The notes under the pieces: model-generated | What the model saw: only the letters and a program-made list of their open reading frames with translations | Databases searched by the model: none | Told to the model about the DNA's origin: nothing | DNA from: Candidatus Omnitrophota bacterium | GTDB taxonomy: Bacteria > Omnitrophota > Gorgyraeia > Aquiviventales > Aquiviventaceae | Length of the DNA stretch: 48,402 nt | Direction: 5' to 3' | Assembly (NCBI GenBank): GCA_016180575.1 | Contig: JACPAY010000007.1 | Location: 77,642-126,043 of the forward strand | In this document: one piece after another, positions 1 to 8,660 of the stretch | Position numbering within the stretch: the stretch's first letter is position 1 | Layout: each line of letters opens with the position of its first letter | Made by a program: the position numbers and the translations under genes

Positions 1-99
1 GGCACGCTGGCCTACGGCGCGCATCTGGGCGGCCGCCTGGTGTATGAGTTCGGCGTCGGAGGGGCCTTCGGCGCACCGGGGGTTGTGCTCCGCCGGTGA
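1..99 (+). CDS. 3' end of a membrane protein, probably DUF2231 family (partial)
   Basis: Frame 1 reads GTLAYGAHLGGRLVYEFGVG...RR*; GxxGGxLVYxxGVG resembles the DUF2231 C-terminal motif. Confidence 0.55.
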   Translation, partial: GTLAYGAHLGGRLVYEFGVGGAFGAPGVVLRR

Positions 100-111
100 A
101 CCGTGTACACT
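83..111 (+). promoter_or_regulatory. Putative sigma70 promoter for the LOG gene
   Basis: TTGTGC(83-88)-17 nt-TACACT(106-111); ATG at 121 follows 9 nt later. Confidence 0.45.
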
Positions 112-120
112 TTTGAGGCC

Positions 121-1206
121 ATGGAAACCCGCCACGCCTACACGACCCACAACAGCGCCGTCGACGCGCAGATCGCGGCCCTCGTCAACTCCTTCGGCGA
201 CGACCTGGACCGCCGCCTGCTGGCCGAGATGATGGTCTCGGTCTACCGCCTGGGCGCCGACAGCTCCACCCATGGCGACCTCAAGCTCCTGAATTCCGCC
301 CTGAAGGAGCTGCGCTATGCCTTCAAGATCTTCCGCCCCTACCGCGCGATCCGCAAGGTCGCCATGTTCGGGTCCTCCCGGGTGTCCCGCCACCACCCGG
401 CCTACGCGATGGCGAGGGCGTTCGGCCGCCTGATGGCCCAGGCCGACTGGACGGTGATCACCGGCGCCGCCAGCGGCATCATGCGGGCGGGGCATGAAGG
501 CGCCGGGCGCGTGAAGAGCTTCGGGCTGAACATCCGGCTGCCGTTCGAGCAGGAGGCCAACCCGGTCATCGCCGGCGACACGAAGCTGATCAACTGCAAG
601 TACTTCTTCACCCGGAAGCTGCTGTTCATCAAGGAATCGCACGCCACCGCCCTCTTCCCGGGCGGGTTCGGGACGCTCGACGAGGGATTCGAGTCGCTCA
701 CCCTCGTCCAGACCGGGAAATCCGACCCGCGCCCCATCGTCTTCGTGGACCTGCCCCACGGCAGGTTCTGGGCGCCGCTCATCCGGTTCTTCGAAGAGCA
801 GCTCGTCGCGGGCGGCATGATCGCGCCCTCCGATCCCGCCGTCTACCGGGTCGTGCACTCCGCCGAGGAGGCCGCCGAGGCGATCCTGCGCTTCTACTCG
901 GTGTACCACTCGCTGCGGTACGTCGGCGACCGGCTGGTCCTGCGCCTGAACAGGCGCCTGCCGGATGAGGCGGTCGCGCGCCTTTCGCGCGAGTTCCGCG
1001 ACATCCTGCGCGCCGATGGGATCGAGCAGGGGCACGCCCTGCCGCAGGAAGCCGATGAGCCGCAGCTGTCGCACCTCGCCCGGCTCATCCTGCGGTTCAA
1101 CCGGAAGGACTTCGGCCGGCTCCTCCAGTTCATCCACCGGCTCAACGACCTCGGAACAACAAGCGAAGTCACAAGTCACACGTCACAAGTCACACGTCCG
1201 CGCTAG
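121..1206 (+). CDS. LOG family (Rossmann-fold) nucleotide phosphoribohydrolase, long form
   Basis: FGSSR, ITGAASGIM, YFFTRK, PGGFGTLDE motifs; start ATG121 (GTG103 alternative); last ~13 aa come from a heptamer repeat. Confidence 0.9.
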   Translation: METRHAYTTHNSAVDAQIAALVNSFGDDLDRRLLAEMMVSVYRLGADSSTHGDLKLLNSALKELRYAFKIFRPYRAIRKVAMFGSSRVSRHHPAYAMARAFGRLMAQADWTVITGAASGIMRAGHEGAGRVKSFGLNIRLPFEQEANPVIAGDTKLINCKYFFTRKLLFIKESHATALFPGGFGTLDEGFESLTLVQTGKSDPRPIVFVDLPHGRFWAPLIRFFEEQLVAGGMIAPSDPAVYRVVHSAEEAAEAILRFYSVYHSLRYVGDRLVLRLNRRLPDEAVARLSREFRDILRADGIEQGHALPQEADEPQLSHLARLILRFNRKDFGRLLQFIHRLNDLGTTSEVTSHTSQVTRPR

Positions 1207-1300
1207 AGCCCCGTAGAACAACTTCCCGCTTTCCAAGAACCGTTTAACCCTTTAGACTGGTACCCGTAACGTGTGACCTGTGACGTGTCACCTGTGACGC
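1166..1300. repeat. Inverted heptamer arrays (A[AC]GTCAC)x4.7 / (GTGACNT)x5 at the LOG-dnaE junction
   Basis: aagtcac aagtcac acgtcac aagtcac acgtc (1166-1198); gtaacgt gtgacct gtgacgt gtcacct gtgacgc (1266-1300). Confidence 0.9.
1230..1258 (+). promoter_or_regulatory. Putative sigma70 promoter for dnaE
   Basis: TTTCCA-17 nt-TAGACT in an AT-richer spacer between the two heptamer arms. Confidence 0.5.
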
Positions 1301-1309
1301 TCTTCGATC

Positions 1310-4300
1310 ATGCTCCACGCCGACTTCGTCCACCTGCACCTCCACACGAACTACTCCCTCCTGGATGGCGCCTGCCGCATCGGCCCGCTCGTGAAGCGCG
1401 CGGCCGAGCTGAAGTTCCCCGCGATGGCGATGACCGACCACGGCAACCTCTTCGGGGCGATCGAGTTCTACGAGACGTGCACGAAGGCGGGCATCAAGCC
1501 CATCATCGGCGTGGAGGGCTACATCGCCCCCAAGAGCCGCTTCGACAAGTCCGGGACCGGCATCCGGGACACCAACGCCCATCTGGTGCTGCTCGCCAAG
1601 GACGAGGCCGGCTACGCCAACCTCATGCGCCTGGTCACCGCCGGCTACCTCGAGGGGTTCTACTACAAGCCCCGGATCGACAAGGAGATCCTGGCGCAGC
1701 ACAAGGAGGGGCTGCTCCTCCTGACGAGCTGCCTCAAGGGCGTGCTGAACGTCCACCTCGCGCAGGACCAATGGGACCTCGCGCGCAGGGAGCTGGACGA
1801 CTTCATCCAGATCCTCGGCAAAGAGAACGTCTACGTCGAGCTGCAGCGCCACGGCCTGCCGCTCGAGGACAAGGTCCGCCCGCTGCTGCGCCGCCTGGCG
1901 CAGGACGCCGGGGTCCGGTGCGTCGCCACCAACGACGTCCACTACATCGAGCAATCACACGCCGAGGCGCACGACGCGCTCATGGCCATCCAGACGCAGA
2001 CGACGGTGGACGACCCGCACCGCCTGCGCTATGAGCAGCCGGCGTTCTTCCTGAAGTCCGCCGAGGAGATGAAAGCGCTCTTCAGCGAGGAGCCGGACGC
2101 CCTGGCGGCGACGCTGGAGATCGCGGAGCGGTGCAACCTGGAGCTGGAGTTCGGGAAGATCCACCTGCCGCACTACGAGCCGCCGGCGGGGAAGAGCCAG
2201 CACGCGTACCTGGAGGAGCTCTGCGCCAACGGCCTCAGGGGCCGCTACGGCGAGGCCACGCCGGCGCTCGCGGAGCGGCTCGAGCATGAGCTGGCGGTCA
2301 TCCAGCAGGCGGGCTACACCAGCTACTTCCTCATCGTCTGGGACTTCGTGCGGTTCGCCAAGGAGCGGGGGATCCCGGTGGGGCCCGGCCGGGGCTCCGC
2401 GGCGGGGAGCCTGGCGAGCTACTGCCTCGGGATCACCGACATCGACCCGCTGAAGTACGACCTCCTCTTCGAGCGGTTCCTGAACCCCCAGCGCGTCACG
2501 CAGCCCGACATCGACATCGACTTCTGCTACGAGCGCCGCAACGAGGTCATCGATTACGTCGTCCAGAAATACGGGAAGACCAACGTCGCCCAGATCATCA
2601 CCTTCGGGACGATGCAGGCGAAGGCGGTCGTGCGCGACGTCGCGCGCGTCATGAAGCTCTCCTACGCCGAGGCGGACCGGCTGGCCAAGCTGATCCCGAA
2701 CGAGCTGGACATCACCCTCTCGCGCGCCCTCGCCGAGGTGCCGGAGCTGGTCCACGCCTACCGCACGAGCGAGCAGGTGCAGCAGCTCATGGACACGGCG
2801 CTGGTCCTCGAAGGCCTCACGCGCCACGCCTCCACCCATGCGGCGGGGATCACCATCGCCGACAAGCCGCTCACCGAGTACGCGCCGCTCTTCAAGAGCC
2901 ACGACGGCCAGATCACGACCGGCTTCGACATGACGGCGCTGGAGCACATCGGGCTGCTGAAGATCGACATGCTCGGGCTGCGCACCCTCACGGTCATCGA
3001 CGAGGCGGTCAAGCTCATCGAGCGGCGGCACGGGACGCTCATCAACATCGACGCGCTGCCCCTCGATGACCCGGAGACCTTCCAGCTCCTGGCGCGCGCC
3101 GAGACGATGGGCGTGTTCCAGCTGGAAAGCTCCGGGATGCGGGACCTCCTCAAGAAGATCAAGCCCACCCAGTTCGAGGACATCATCTCGGTCATCGCGC
3201 TCTTCCGGCCGGGCCCCATCGGCTCCGGGATGCTCGATGAGTTCATGAAGCGCAAGCACGGCGAGATCGCGATCCGCTACGAGCACCCGCGCCTCGAACC
3301 AATCCTCAAGTCGACGTACGCCGTCATCGTGTTTCAGGAACAGGTCATGCGCATCGCGAGCGACCTCGCCGGCTTCTCGCTCGCCCAGGCCGACCTGCTG
3401 CGCCGCGCGATGGGGAAGAAGATCCCCGAGGTCATGGAGGCGCAGCGCAAGGCGTTCGTCGACGGGTGCAGGAAGAACGGCATCACCGAGCGCACCGCGA
3501 GCCGCATCTTCGACCTGATGGAGCACTTCGCGGGGTACGGCTTCAACAAGAGCCACAGCGCCGCCTACGCGCTCATCTCATACCGCACCGCGTACCTCAA
3601 GGCGCGCTATCCGGCCGAGTTCATGACCGCACTGCTCACGAGCGAGATGGGCAACACCGACAAGCTCGTCGTCTACCTGGACGAGGCCAAGCGCACGGGC
3701 CTGGCGGTGCTCCCGCCGGACGTGAACGAGAGCCAGGCGTTCTTCACGGTGGCGGACGCGCGCACGATCCGCTGCGGCCTGGGGGTCATCAAGAACGTGG
3801 GGTTGGCCGCCATCGACTCGCTCATCCAGGCGCGGGCGGCCCGCCTGTCTGCCGTCCCGTCCGGGACGGGACAGGCAGGCGGGCGGTTCCGGACGGTGCA
3901 GGAGCTCTGCCGCGACGTGGACCTGCGGCTCATGAACCGCAAGGTGTGCGAGAGCCTCATCAAGTCGGGCGCCTGCGACAGCATGGGGCTCTCGCGCGCG
4001 GCGCTCCTGGCGAGCCTCGACCAGGCGATGGAAGAGGCCACGAGCCTGCAGAAGGACCGGGTGCGCGGCCAGCTCACCTTCTTCGACTCGCTCGCCGAGA
4101 GCCCGCCCGTCACGCCGGCGGGCGGCGCCCCGGCCCATGGAAGCCTGCCAGCGGGGGTGAGCCGGCTGCGGGACTGGCCGGAGAGCCAGAAGCTCGCGTT
4201 TGAGAAGACGCTGCTCGGCTTCTACGTGTCCGGGCATCCGCTGGCCCGCTATGAGCGCACGTTGAAGCTGTTCGCCACCGCCACCTCCCGGCAGCTCCTC

Positions 4301-4870
4301 CAGCTGGAGGAGGGGGGCATGGCCACGGTCGGCGGCATGCTGACCAAGATCAAGCACACGACCACCAAGAAAACCAACGAGCAGATGGCGGTCTGCCTGC
4401 TGGAAGATCTGCAGGGCGATGTGGAGGTGCTGGTGTTCCCCAACAGCTTCGCGCAGCTGGCGCCGCAGCTGAAGCCCAACGCCATCGTGTTCGTGGAGGG
4501 CCGGGTGGCCATCCGGGAGGACCGGCCGCGGCTCATCGCCCAGCAGATCATCCCCATCGAGCAGGGCGGCAGCAAGCTCGCCCAGGGGATGGAGCTCATC
4601 CTGCGCCAGTACGAGCAGAAGGAGATGCTCGAGCAGCTGAAGGGGGTGCTCGCCCGCTTTCCGGGAACGGTGCCGATCACGCTCCGCCTCGAGGTCCCCA
4701 ACCAGGCCGCGGTGCGCCTGCGCCTGGCGGAGCAGTTCAAAGTGGAGCCGCGACAAGAGCTTCTCGACGCGCTCGACGAGCTGCTGGGCCAGGAGGCGGT
4801 GCTCATCAAGCGGCAGCCCCCCTCGATGGGGGTGCGCGGCGGCCGGGGGGCAGCCGTTTCCGCGGCTTGA
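1310..4870 (+). CDS. dnaE: DNA polymerase III alpha subunit
   Basis: PHP HLHLHT/TDHGN, GPGRGSAAGS, catalytic PDIDIDF, YGFNKSH, LLGFYVSGHPL, OB fold. Confidence 0.99.
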   Translation: MLHADFVHLHLHTNYSLLDGACRIGPLVKRAAELKFPAMAMTDHGNLFGAIEFYETCTKAGIKPIIGVEGYIAPKSRFDKSGTGIRDTNAHLVLLAKDEAGYANLMRLVTAGYLEGFYYKPRIDKEILAQHKEGLLLLTSCLKGVLNVHLAQDQWDLARRELDDFIQILGKENVYVELQRHGLPLEDKVRPLLRRLAQDAGVRCVATNDVHYIEQSHAEAHDALMAIQTQTTVDDPHRLRYEQPAFFLKSAEEMKALFSEEPDALAATLEIAERCNLELEFGKIHLPHYEPPAGKSQHAYLEELCANGLRGRYGEATPALAERLEHELAVIQQAGYTSYFLIVWDFVRFAKERGIPVGPGRGSAAGSLASYCLGITDIDPLKYDLLFERFLNPQRVTQPDIDIDFCYERRNEVIDYVVQKYGKTNVAQIITFGTMQAKAVVRDVARVMKLSYAEADRLAKLIPNELDITLSRALAEVPELVHAYRTSEQVQQLMDTALVLEGLTRHASTHAAGITIADKPLTEYAPLFKSHDGQITTGFDMTALEHIGLLKIDMLGLRTLTVIDEAVKLIERRHGTLINIDALPLDDPETFQLLARAETMGVFQLESSGMRDLLKKIKPTQFEDIISVIALFRPGPIGSGMLDEFMKRKHGEIAIRYEHPRLEPILKSTYAVIVFQEQVMRIASDLAGFSLAQADLLRRAMGKKIPEVMEAQRKAFVDGCRKNGITERTASRIFDLMEHFAGYGFNKSHSAAYALISYRTAYLKARYPAEFMTALLTSEMGNTDKLVVYLDEAKRTGLAVLPPDVNESQAFFTVADARTIRCGLGVIKNVGLAAIDSLIQARAARLSAVPSGTGQAGGRFRTVQELCRDVDLRLMNRKVCESLIKSGACDSMGLSRAALLASLDQAMEEATSLQKDRVRGQLTFFDSLAESPPVTPAGGAPAHGSLPAGVSRLRDWPESQKLAFEKTLLGFYVSGHPLARYERTLKLFATATSRQLLQLEEGGMATVGGMLTKIKHTTTKKTNEQMAVCLLEDLQGDVEVLVFPNSFAQLAPQLKPNAIVFVEGRVAIREDRPRLIAQQIIPIEQGGSKLAQGMELILRQYEQKEMLEQLKGVLARFPGTVPITLRLEVPNQAAVRLRLAEQFKVEPRQELLDALDELLGQEAVLIKRQPPSMGVRGGRGAAVSAA
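3839..3884. repeat. In-frame palindromic insertion in dnaE (LSAVPSGTGQAG)
   Basis: gcccgcctgtctg / caggcaggcgggc outer stem with inner gtcccgtc-cgg-gacgggac hairpin. Confidence 0.85.
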
Positions 4871-4895
4871 CAAACTCCGGGAAGCGTGTTAAGGT
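4867..4895 (+). promoter_or_regulatory. sigma70 promoter for the HU gene, overlapping the dnaE stop codon
   Basis: TTGACA-17 nt-TAAGGT with TGn extension; ATG 10 nt downstream. Confidence 0.7.
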
Positions 4896-4905
4896 AAGCC
4901 TTCCT

Positions 4906-5184
4906 ATGGCGCTGACTAAGAAGGACTTAGTGTTGGCGGTGGCGAAGGACACCGGGATCACCCAGGTGGACGTCAAGCGGGTGGTCCAGCGGACCCTGGA
5001 CCATCTCGTGGAGAGCCTGAAGGAAGGGAAGACCATCGAGTTGCGCAACTTCGGCGTCTTCAAGGTGCGGCAGCGCGCGCCCCGACGCGGCCGCAACCCG
5101 AAAACGGGCCAGGAAGTCCCCGTGCCGCCCAAGCGGGTCGTGGTCTTCAAGCCTGGCCTGCTCATGCGCCAGGACATCAAGTAA
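4906..5184 (+). CDS. HU/IHF family DNA-binding protein
   Basis: LTKKDLV, IELRNFGVF, GRNPKTG, VVFKPG. Confidence 0.97.
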   Translation: MALTKKDLVLAVAKDTGITQVDVKRVVQRTLDHLVESLKEGKTIELRNFGVFKVRQRAPRRGRNPKTGQEVPVPPKRVVVFKPGLLMRQDIK

Positions 5185-5225
5185 CGCTCCACACGAGTAG
5201 CTCCATCACCTTCCTGAAGTAGTTC

Positions 5226-6548
5226 ATGGGATTCCAGGCCGTCCGGGGCACAACCGATCTCCTGCCCGACGAGGTGGCGCGCTGGTCCGCGGTGGAGCAC
5301 ACCGCCAGGCGCCTGTCCCGCCTGTACGGCTACCGAGAGATCCGCACCCCCATCATCGAGGAGGCCGGCCTCTTCCTGCGCTCGGTCGGCGAGACCACCG
5401 ACATCATCCAGAAAGAGATGTTCCGCTTCGAGGACCGGGGCGGGCACGACCTCGTCCTGCGGCCCGAGGCGACCGCCTCCGTCGTCCGCGCCTACCTGGA
5501 GCACCACCTCCACAAGACCGAGGGGTTCGCGAAGCTGTTCTATCTTGGCCCCATGTTCCGGGCCGAGCGGCCGCAGGCCGGCCGGTTCCGGCAGTTCCAT
5601 CAGTTCGGGGTGGAGGCGATCGGCTCCGGCAGCGCCTGGGTGGACGTCGAGGCGATCCTGCTCTGCGCACAGATCCTGCGCGCCTGCGGCCTGCCTGCCG
5701 CGCTACCGTCGCAACCGACTGGCGCGGCGCAGGCAGGCGTCGCCGGCGCGACCGTCTGGCTCGCCAGCATGGGATGCCGCGCGGACCAGAAGCGCTCGGC
5801 CGAGGCGCTGCGCAAGCGGTTGAGCCCGCACCGCGCCAAGCTGTGCAAGGAGTGCCAGGCGCGGTTTGACAAGAACGTCTTCCGCGTCCTCGACTGCAAG
5901 AACCCCTCCTGCCGCGCGATCGCCTGGGAAACACCCGGCTCGCCCTTCCTGCTCTGCGACGCCTGCGCCGCGCACTTCGACGAGGTGCGCCGGGGTGTGC
6001 GCGAGGCCGGCGTGGCGTTCGACGACACCAAGGTCTTCGCGCGGGGGCTGGACTACTACACCCGCACCGTCTTCGAGGTCCGCGTCCAGGGCCTCGGCGC
6101 CCAGGACGCGGTCGCGGCGGGCGGGCGGTACGACCACCTCGTCGAGGAGCTGGGGGGGCCTCCGCTCGGCGCGGTGGGATTTGCCGCCGGCATCGAGCGG
6201 CTCCTGATGGCGCTCAAGCAGGGCGCCGCCGAGGCCCCGAGCCCCGCGCGGCGCGGCGTGTACCTTGCGGTCGCGCAGGCGGCGCTGCTGGGCGACGGCT
6301 TCCGCCTCGTGCACCGCCTGCGCGAGCGGGGGGTGGCGGCGCTCATGGACTACGACGGCAAGAGCCTCAAGGCGCAGCTGCGGGAGGCGGACAAGCTCGG
6401 CTGCCGGCTCGTTGCGATCCTCGGCGAAGCGGAGCGGACGCAGGGCGCGATGACGCTCAAGGACCTGGAGCAGGGCAGCCAGCAGACCGTCGCGCTCGAC
6501 GCCTTTGTGGAGGAAGCCGCGAAACAGGCCAAGGCTACATGCCATTGA
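5226..6548 (+). CDS. hisS: Histidine--tRNA ligase
   Basis: VRGTTD, LRPEATA, FRAERPQAGRFRQFHQ, RGLDYY, GGRYD, GFAAGIER. Confidence 0.99.
   Translation: MGFQAVRGTTDLLPDEVARWSAVEHTARRLSRLYGYREIRTPIIEEAGLFLRSVGETTDIIQKEMFRFEDRGGHDLVLRPEATASVVRAYLEHHLHKTEGFAKLFYLGPMFRAERPQAGRFRQFHQFGVEAIGSGSAWVDVEAILLCAQILRACGLPAALPSQPTGAAQAGVAGATVWLASMGCRADQKRSAEALRKRLSPHRAKLCKECQARFDKNVFRVLDCKNPSCRAIAWETPGSPFLLCDACAAHFDEVRRGVREAGVAFDDTKVFARGLDYYTRTVFEVRVQGLGAQDAVAAGGRYDHLVEELGGPPLGAVGFAAGIERLLMALKQGAAEAPSPARRGVYLAVAQAALLGDGFRLVHRLRERGVAALMDYDGKSLKAQLREADKLGCRLVAILGEAERTQGAMTLKDLEQGSQQTVALDAFVEEAAKQAKATCH
5689..5738. repeat. In-frame palindromic insertion in hisS (LPAALPSQPTGAAQAG)
   Basis: gcctgcctgc / gcaggcaggc perfect 10-bp stem enclosing cgcgcta..gtcg-caac-cgac..tggcgcg. 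Confidence 0.85.
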
Positions 6549-6582
6549 ACACGATTGGCTGCTCCGCCGAACACCTACGTGT

Positions 6583-6681
6583 GGCCGCGGGTGACGCGGA
6601 GCCGGGGACCCCGCCGCCTGCCCGCAGGCCGACGAGGCCGAGGACAGCCGGCGGGGTGGCGGCGCGGCAGGACCCGCGGCC
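6583..6681. repeat. ~100-nt rod-like palindromic element, copy 1 (hisS-aspS intergenic)
   Basis: 10-bp terminal IR ggccgcgggt/acccgcggcc; inner accccgccg/cggcggggt; near-identical to 8661-8769 except the apical hairpin. Confidence 0.9.
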
Positions 6682-6701
6682 TTTGGATTTTGGATTCCGT
6701 C

Positions 6702-8108
6702 ATGATGCGCACGCACGGCTGCGGCGAGCTGCGGGAGGCCGACATCGGGCGGGCGGTCACGCTCTGCGGCTGGCTCCACCGGCGGCGAGACCACGGCGGC
6801 GTGAGCTTCCTCGACCTGCGCGACCGCTCGGGCCTGGCCCAGGTCGTCTTCAACGCGAAGACTCAGCCCGCGCTCCACCAGCAGGCCAAGGGGTTCGGCC
6901 CCGAGTACGTCCTGCGCATCGAGGGCGCCGTGCGCGCCCGCCCGAAGGGGTCGGAGAACCCCAAGCTCCCCTCCGGCATGGTCGAGGTCGAGGCGACCGC
7001 GGTCACCGTGCTGAACCCCGCCGTGGCGCCGCCGTTTGAAATCGACGATCAGGGGGACCTCTCGGAGGACGTGCGCATGCAGTGGCGCTACCTCGACCTC
7101 CGGCGGCCCGCGAGCCAGCAGAAGCTCATCCTGCGCCACCGCGTCATCCACCGCATCCGAGACGTCCTGGACCGGCTGCAGTTCGTCGAGGTGGAAACGC
7201 CCATCCTCACGAAGTCCACGCCGGAGGGCGCGCGCGACTACCTCGTGCCCTCGCGCCTCAACCAGGGGCGGTTCTTCGCGCTGCCCCAATCGCCGCAGCT
7301 CTTCAAGCAGCTCCTCATGGTGGCGGGCCTGGAGCGCTACTTCCAGATCGCCCGCTGCTTCCGCGACGAAGACCTGCGGGCCGACCGCCAGCCGGAGTTC
7401 ACCCAGCTGGACCTGGAGATGTCCTTCATCGAGGAGGAGGACGTCTTCGCCGTCATCGAGGAAATACTCGGCGAGGTGTTCCAGGAGGCGCTCGGCGTGG
7501 CGCTGCCGCGGCCGTTCCCCCGCCTGACCCACCGGCAGGCGCTGGCGGCCCATCAGACCGAGAAGCCCGACCTGCACACCGAGCGTCTGCCGTGGGCCTT
7601 CTGCTGGGTGACCGAGTTCCCGCTCTTCCAGTGGGATGACCAGGGCAAGCGCTGGGAGGCCGCGCATCACCCGTTCACCTCCCCGCACCCCGAGGACCTT
7701 TCGCGGCTCGCCGGCGAGCCGGGCACGGTGCGCGCGCGGGCCTACGATCTCGTCCTCAACGGCGTCGAGCTCGGCTCAGGGAGCATCCGGATCCATGACG
7801 CGGCGCTGCAGCGCCGCGTGTTCGCGGTCCTGGGCCTTGAGGAGGCGATCGTGCAGGAACGGTTCGGGTTCCTCCTGCAGGCGTTCACGTACGGCGCCCC
7901 GCCGCATGGGGGGTTCGCCCTGGGCCTCGACCGGCTCGTGGCGCTCATGACGCGCACCCCCTCCATCCGAGATGTCATTGCGTTTCCGAAAACCCAAAAA
8001 GCCGTGGACCCGGTCACCGAGGCGCCATCGTCCGTCACCGAGACGCAGTTGAAGGAATTGGGGATCGCCGTGCTCACCGCAAAAGCCAAAGGAGGTCGTG
8101 ATGCCTAG
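6702..8108 (+). CDS. aspS: Aspartate--tRNA(Asp/Asn) ligase, bacterial type lacking the GAD insertion domain
   Basis: MRTHGCG, RRDHGG, PEGARDYLVPSR, ALPQSPQLFKQ, FRDEDLRADRQPEFTQLD, GAPPHGG, IRDVIAFPK; only ~468 aa. Confidence 0.97.
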   Translation: MMRTHGCGELREADIGRAVTLCGWLHRRRDHGGVSFLDLRDRSGLAQVVFNAKTQPALHQQAKGFGPEYVLRIEGAVRARPKGSENPKLPSGMVEVEATAVTVLNPAVAPPFEIDDQGDLSEDVRMQWRYLDLRRPASQQKLILRHRVIHRIRDVLDRLQFVEVETPILTKSTPEGARDYLVPSRLNQGRFFALPQSPQLFKQLLMVAGLERYFQIARCFRDEDLRADRQPEFTQLDLEMSFIEEEDVFAVIEEILGEVFQEALGVALPRPFPRLTHRQALAAHQTEKPDLHTERLPWAFCWVTEFPLFQWDDQGKRWEAAHHPFTSPHPEDLSRLAGEPGTVRARAYDLVLNGVELGSGSIRIHDAALQRRVFAVLGLEEAIVQERFGFLLQAFTYGAPPHGGFALGLDRLVALMTRTPSIRDVIAFPKTQKAVDPVTEAPSSVTETQLKELGIAVLTAKAKGGRDA

Positions 8109-8649
8109 AGCGAGTTGGACCGTGCTCGGCGCAGGATGCGCGCTGCTCCTCGCCGGGTGCCGCGCCGCTACCAAGGTGGTGGACGTCCCGCGCGTGGATC
8201 TGGAGCTGGCGGGCGGCAACCGCGGCTATCTCATCGGAAGCCCCCCTGAGGCGGGCGAGCTGAAGACGACGCGCCAGATGATGGAGGCCACCGTCGAGGT
8301 GCCGAGCTTCTATAAGCCCAAGCGGCTCGGCGCGCCGGTCGGCGGCGGCGTCCCGGTCGCGCCGGAGGGCCTGATGCCATCCGAGCCGGAGACGGCCGGC
8401 GAGCCACAGGCCCCTCCGCAGCGGTACGACAGCTACGTCGTCCAGAAGGGCGACAGCCTCTGGTCCATCGCGGCCAAGCCGGAGGTCTATGGCAAGGCGA
8501 CCTACTGGCGGCGGCTCTTTGACGCCAACCGCGACCTGCTCAAGAGCCCGGACCACCTGAAGGCCGGCATGACGCTCAAGATCCCGCGCGGCGGCGAGGG
8601 CGCCGGCGAGACGATGTACGATGACGAGGGCATCAGCTATAAAAAGTGA
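8101..8649 (+). CDS. LysM-domain lipoprotein
   Basis: AAGGAGG RBS; lipobox LLAG-C; LysM YVVQKGDSLWSIA...LKIP. Confidence 0.9.
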   Translation: MPRASWTVLGAGCALLLAGCRAATKVVDVPRVDLELAGGNRGYLIGSPPEAGELKTTRQMMEATVEVPSFYKPKRLGAPVGGGVPVAPEGLMPSEPETAGEPQAPPQRYDSYVVQKGDSLWSIAAKPEVYGKATYWRRLFDANRDLLKSPDHLKAGMTLKIPRGGEGAGETMYDDEGISYKK

Positions 8650-8660
8650 GCGCGGGGAGG

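Noticed and set aside
1310-4870. Intein in dnaE
   Set aside because: The length is normal, with no C...HN splice motifs or LAGLIDADG blocks
6549-6700. T-box riboswitch upstream of aspS (GGGTGGCGGCGCG resembles GGTGGNACCGCG; UGGC would pair with tRNA-Asp GCCA; tip loops contain GAC/GAT)
   Set aside because: The conserved ACC is absent, there is no stem I/AG-box or terminator, and the same sequence precedes phoH
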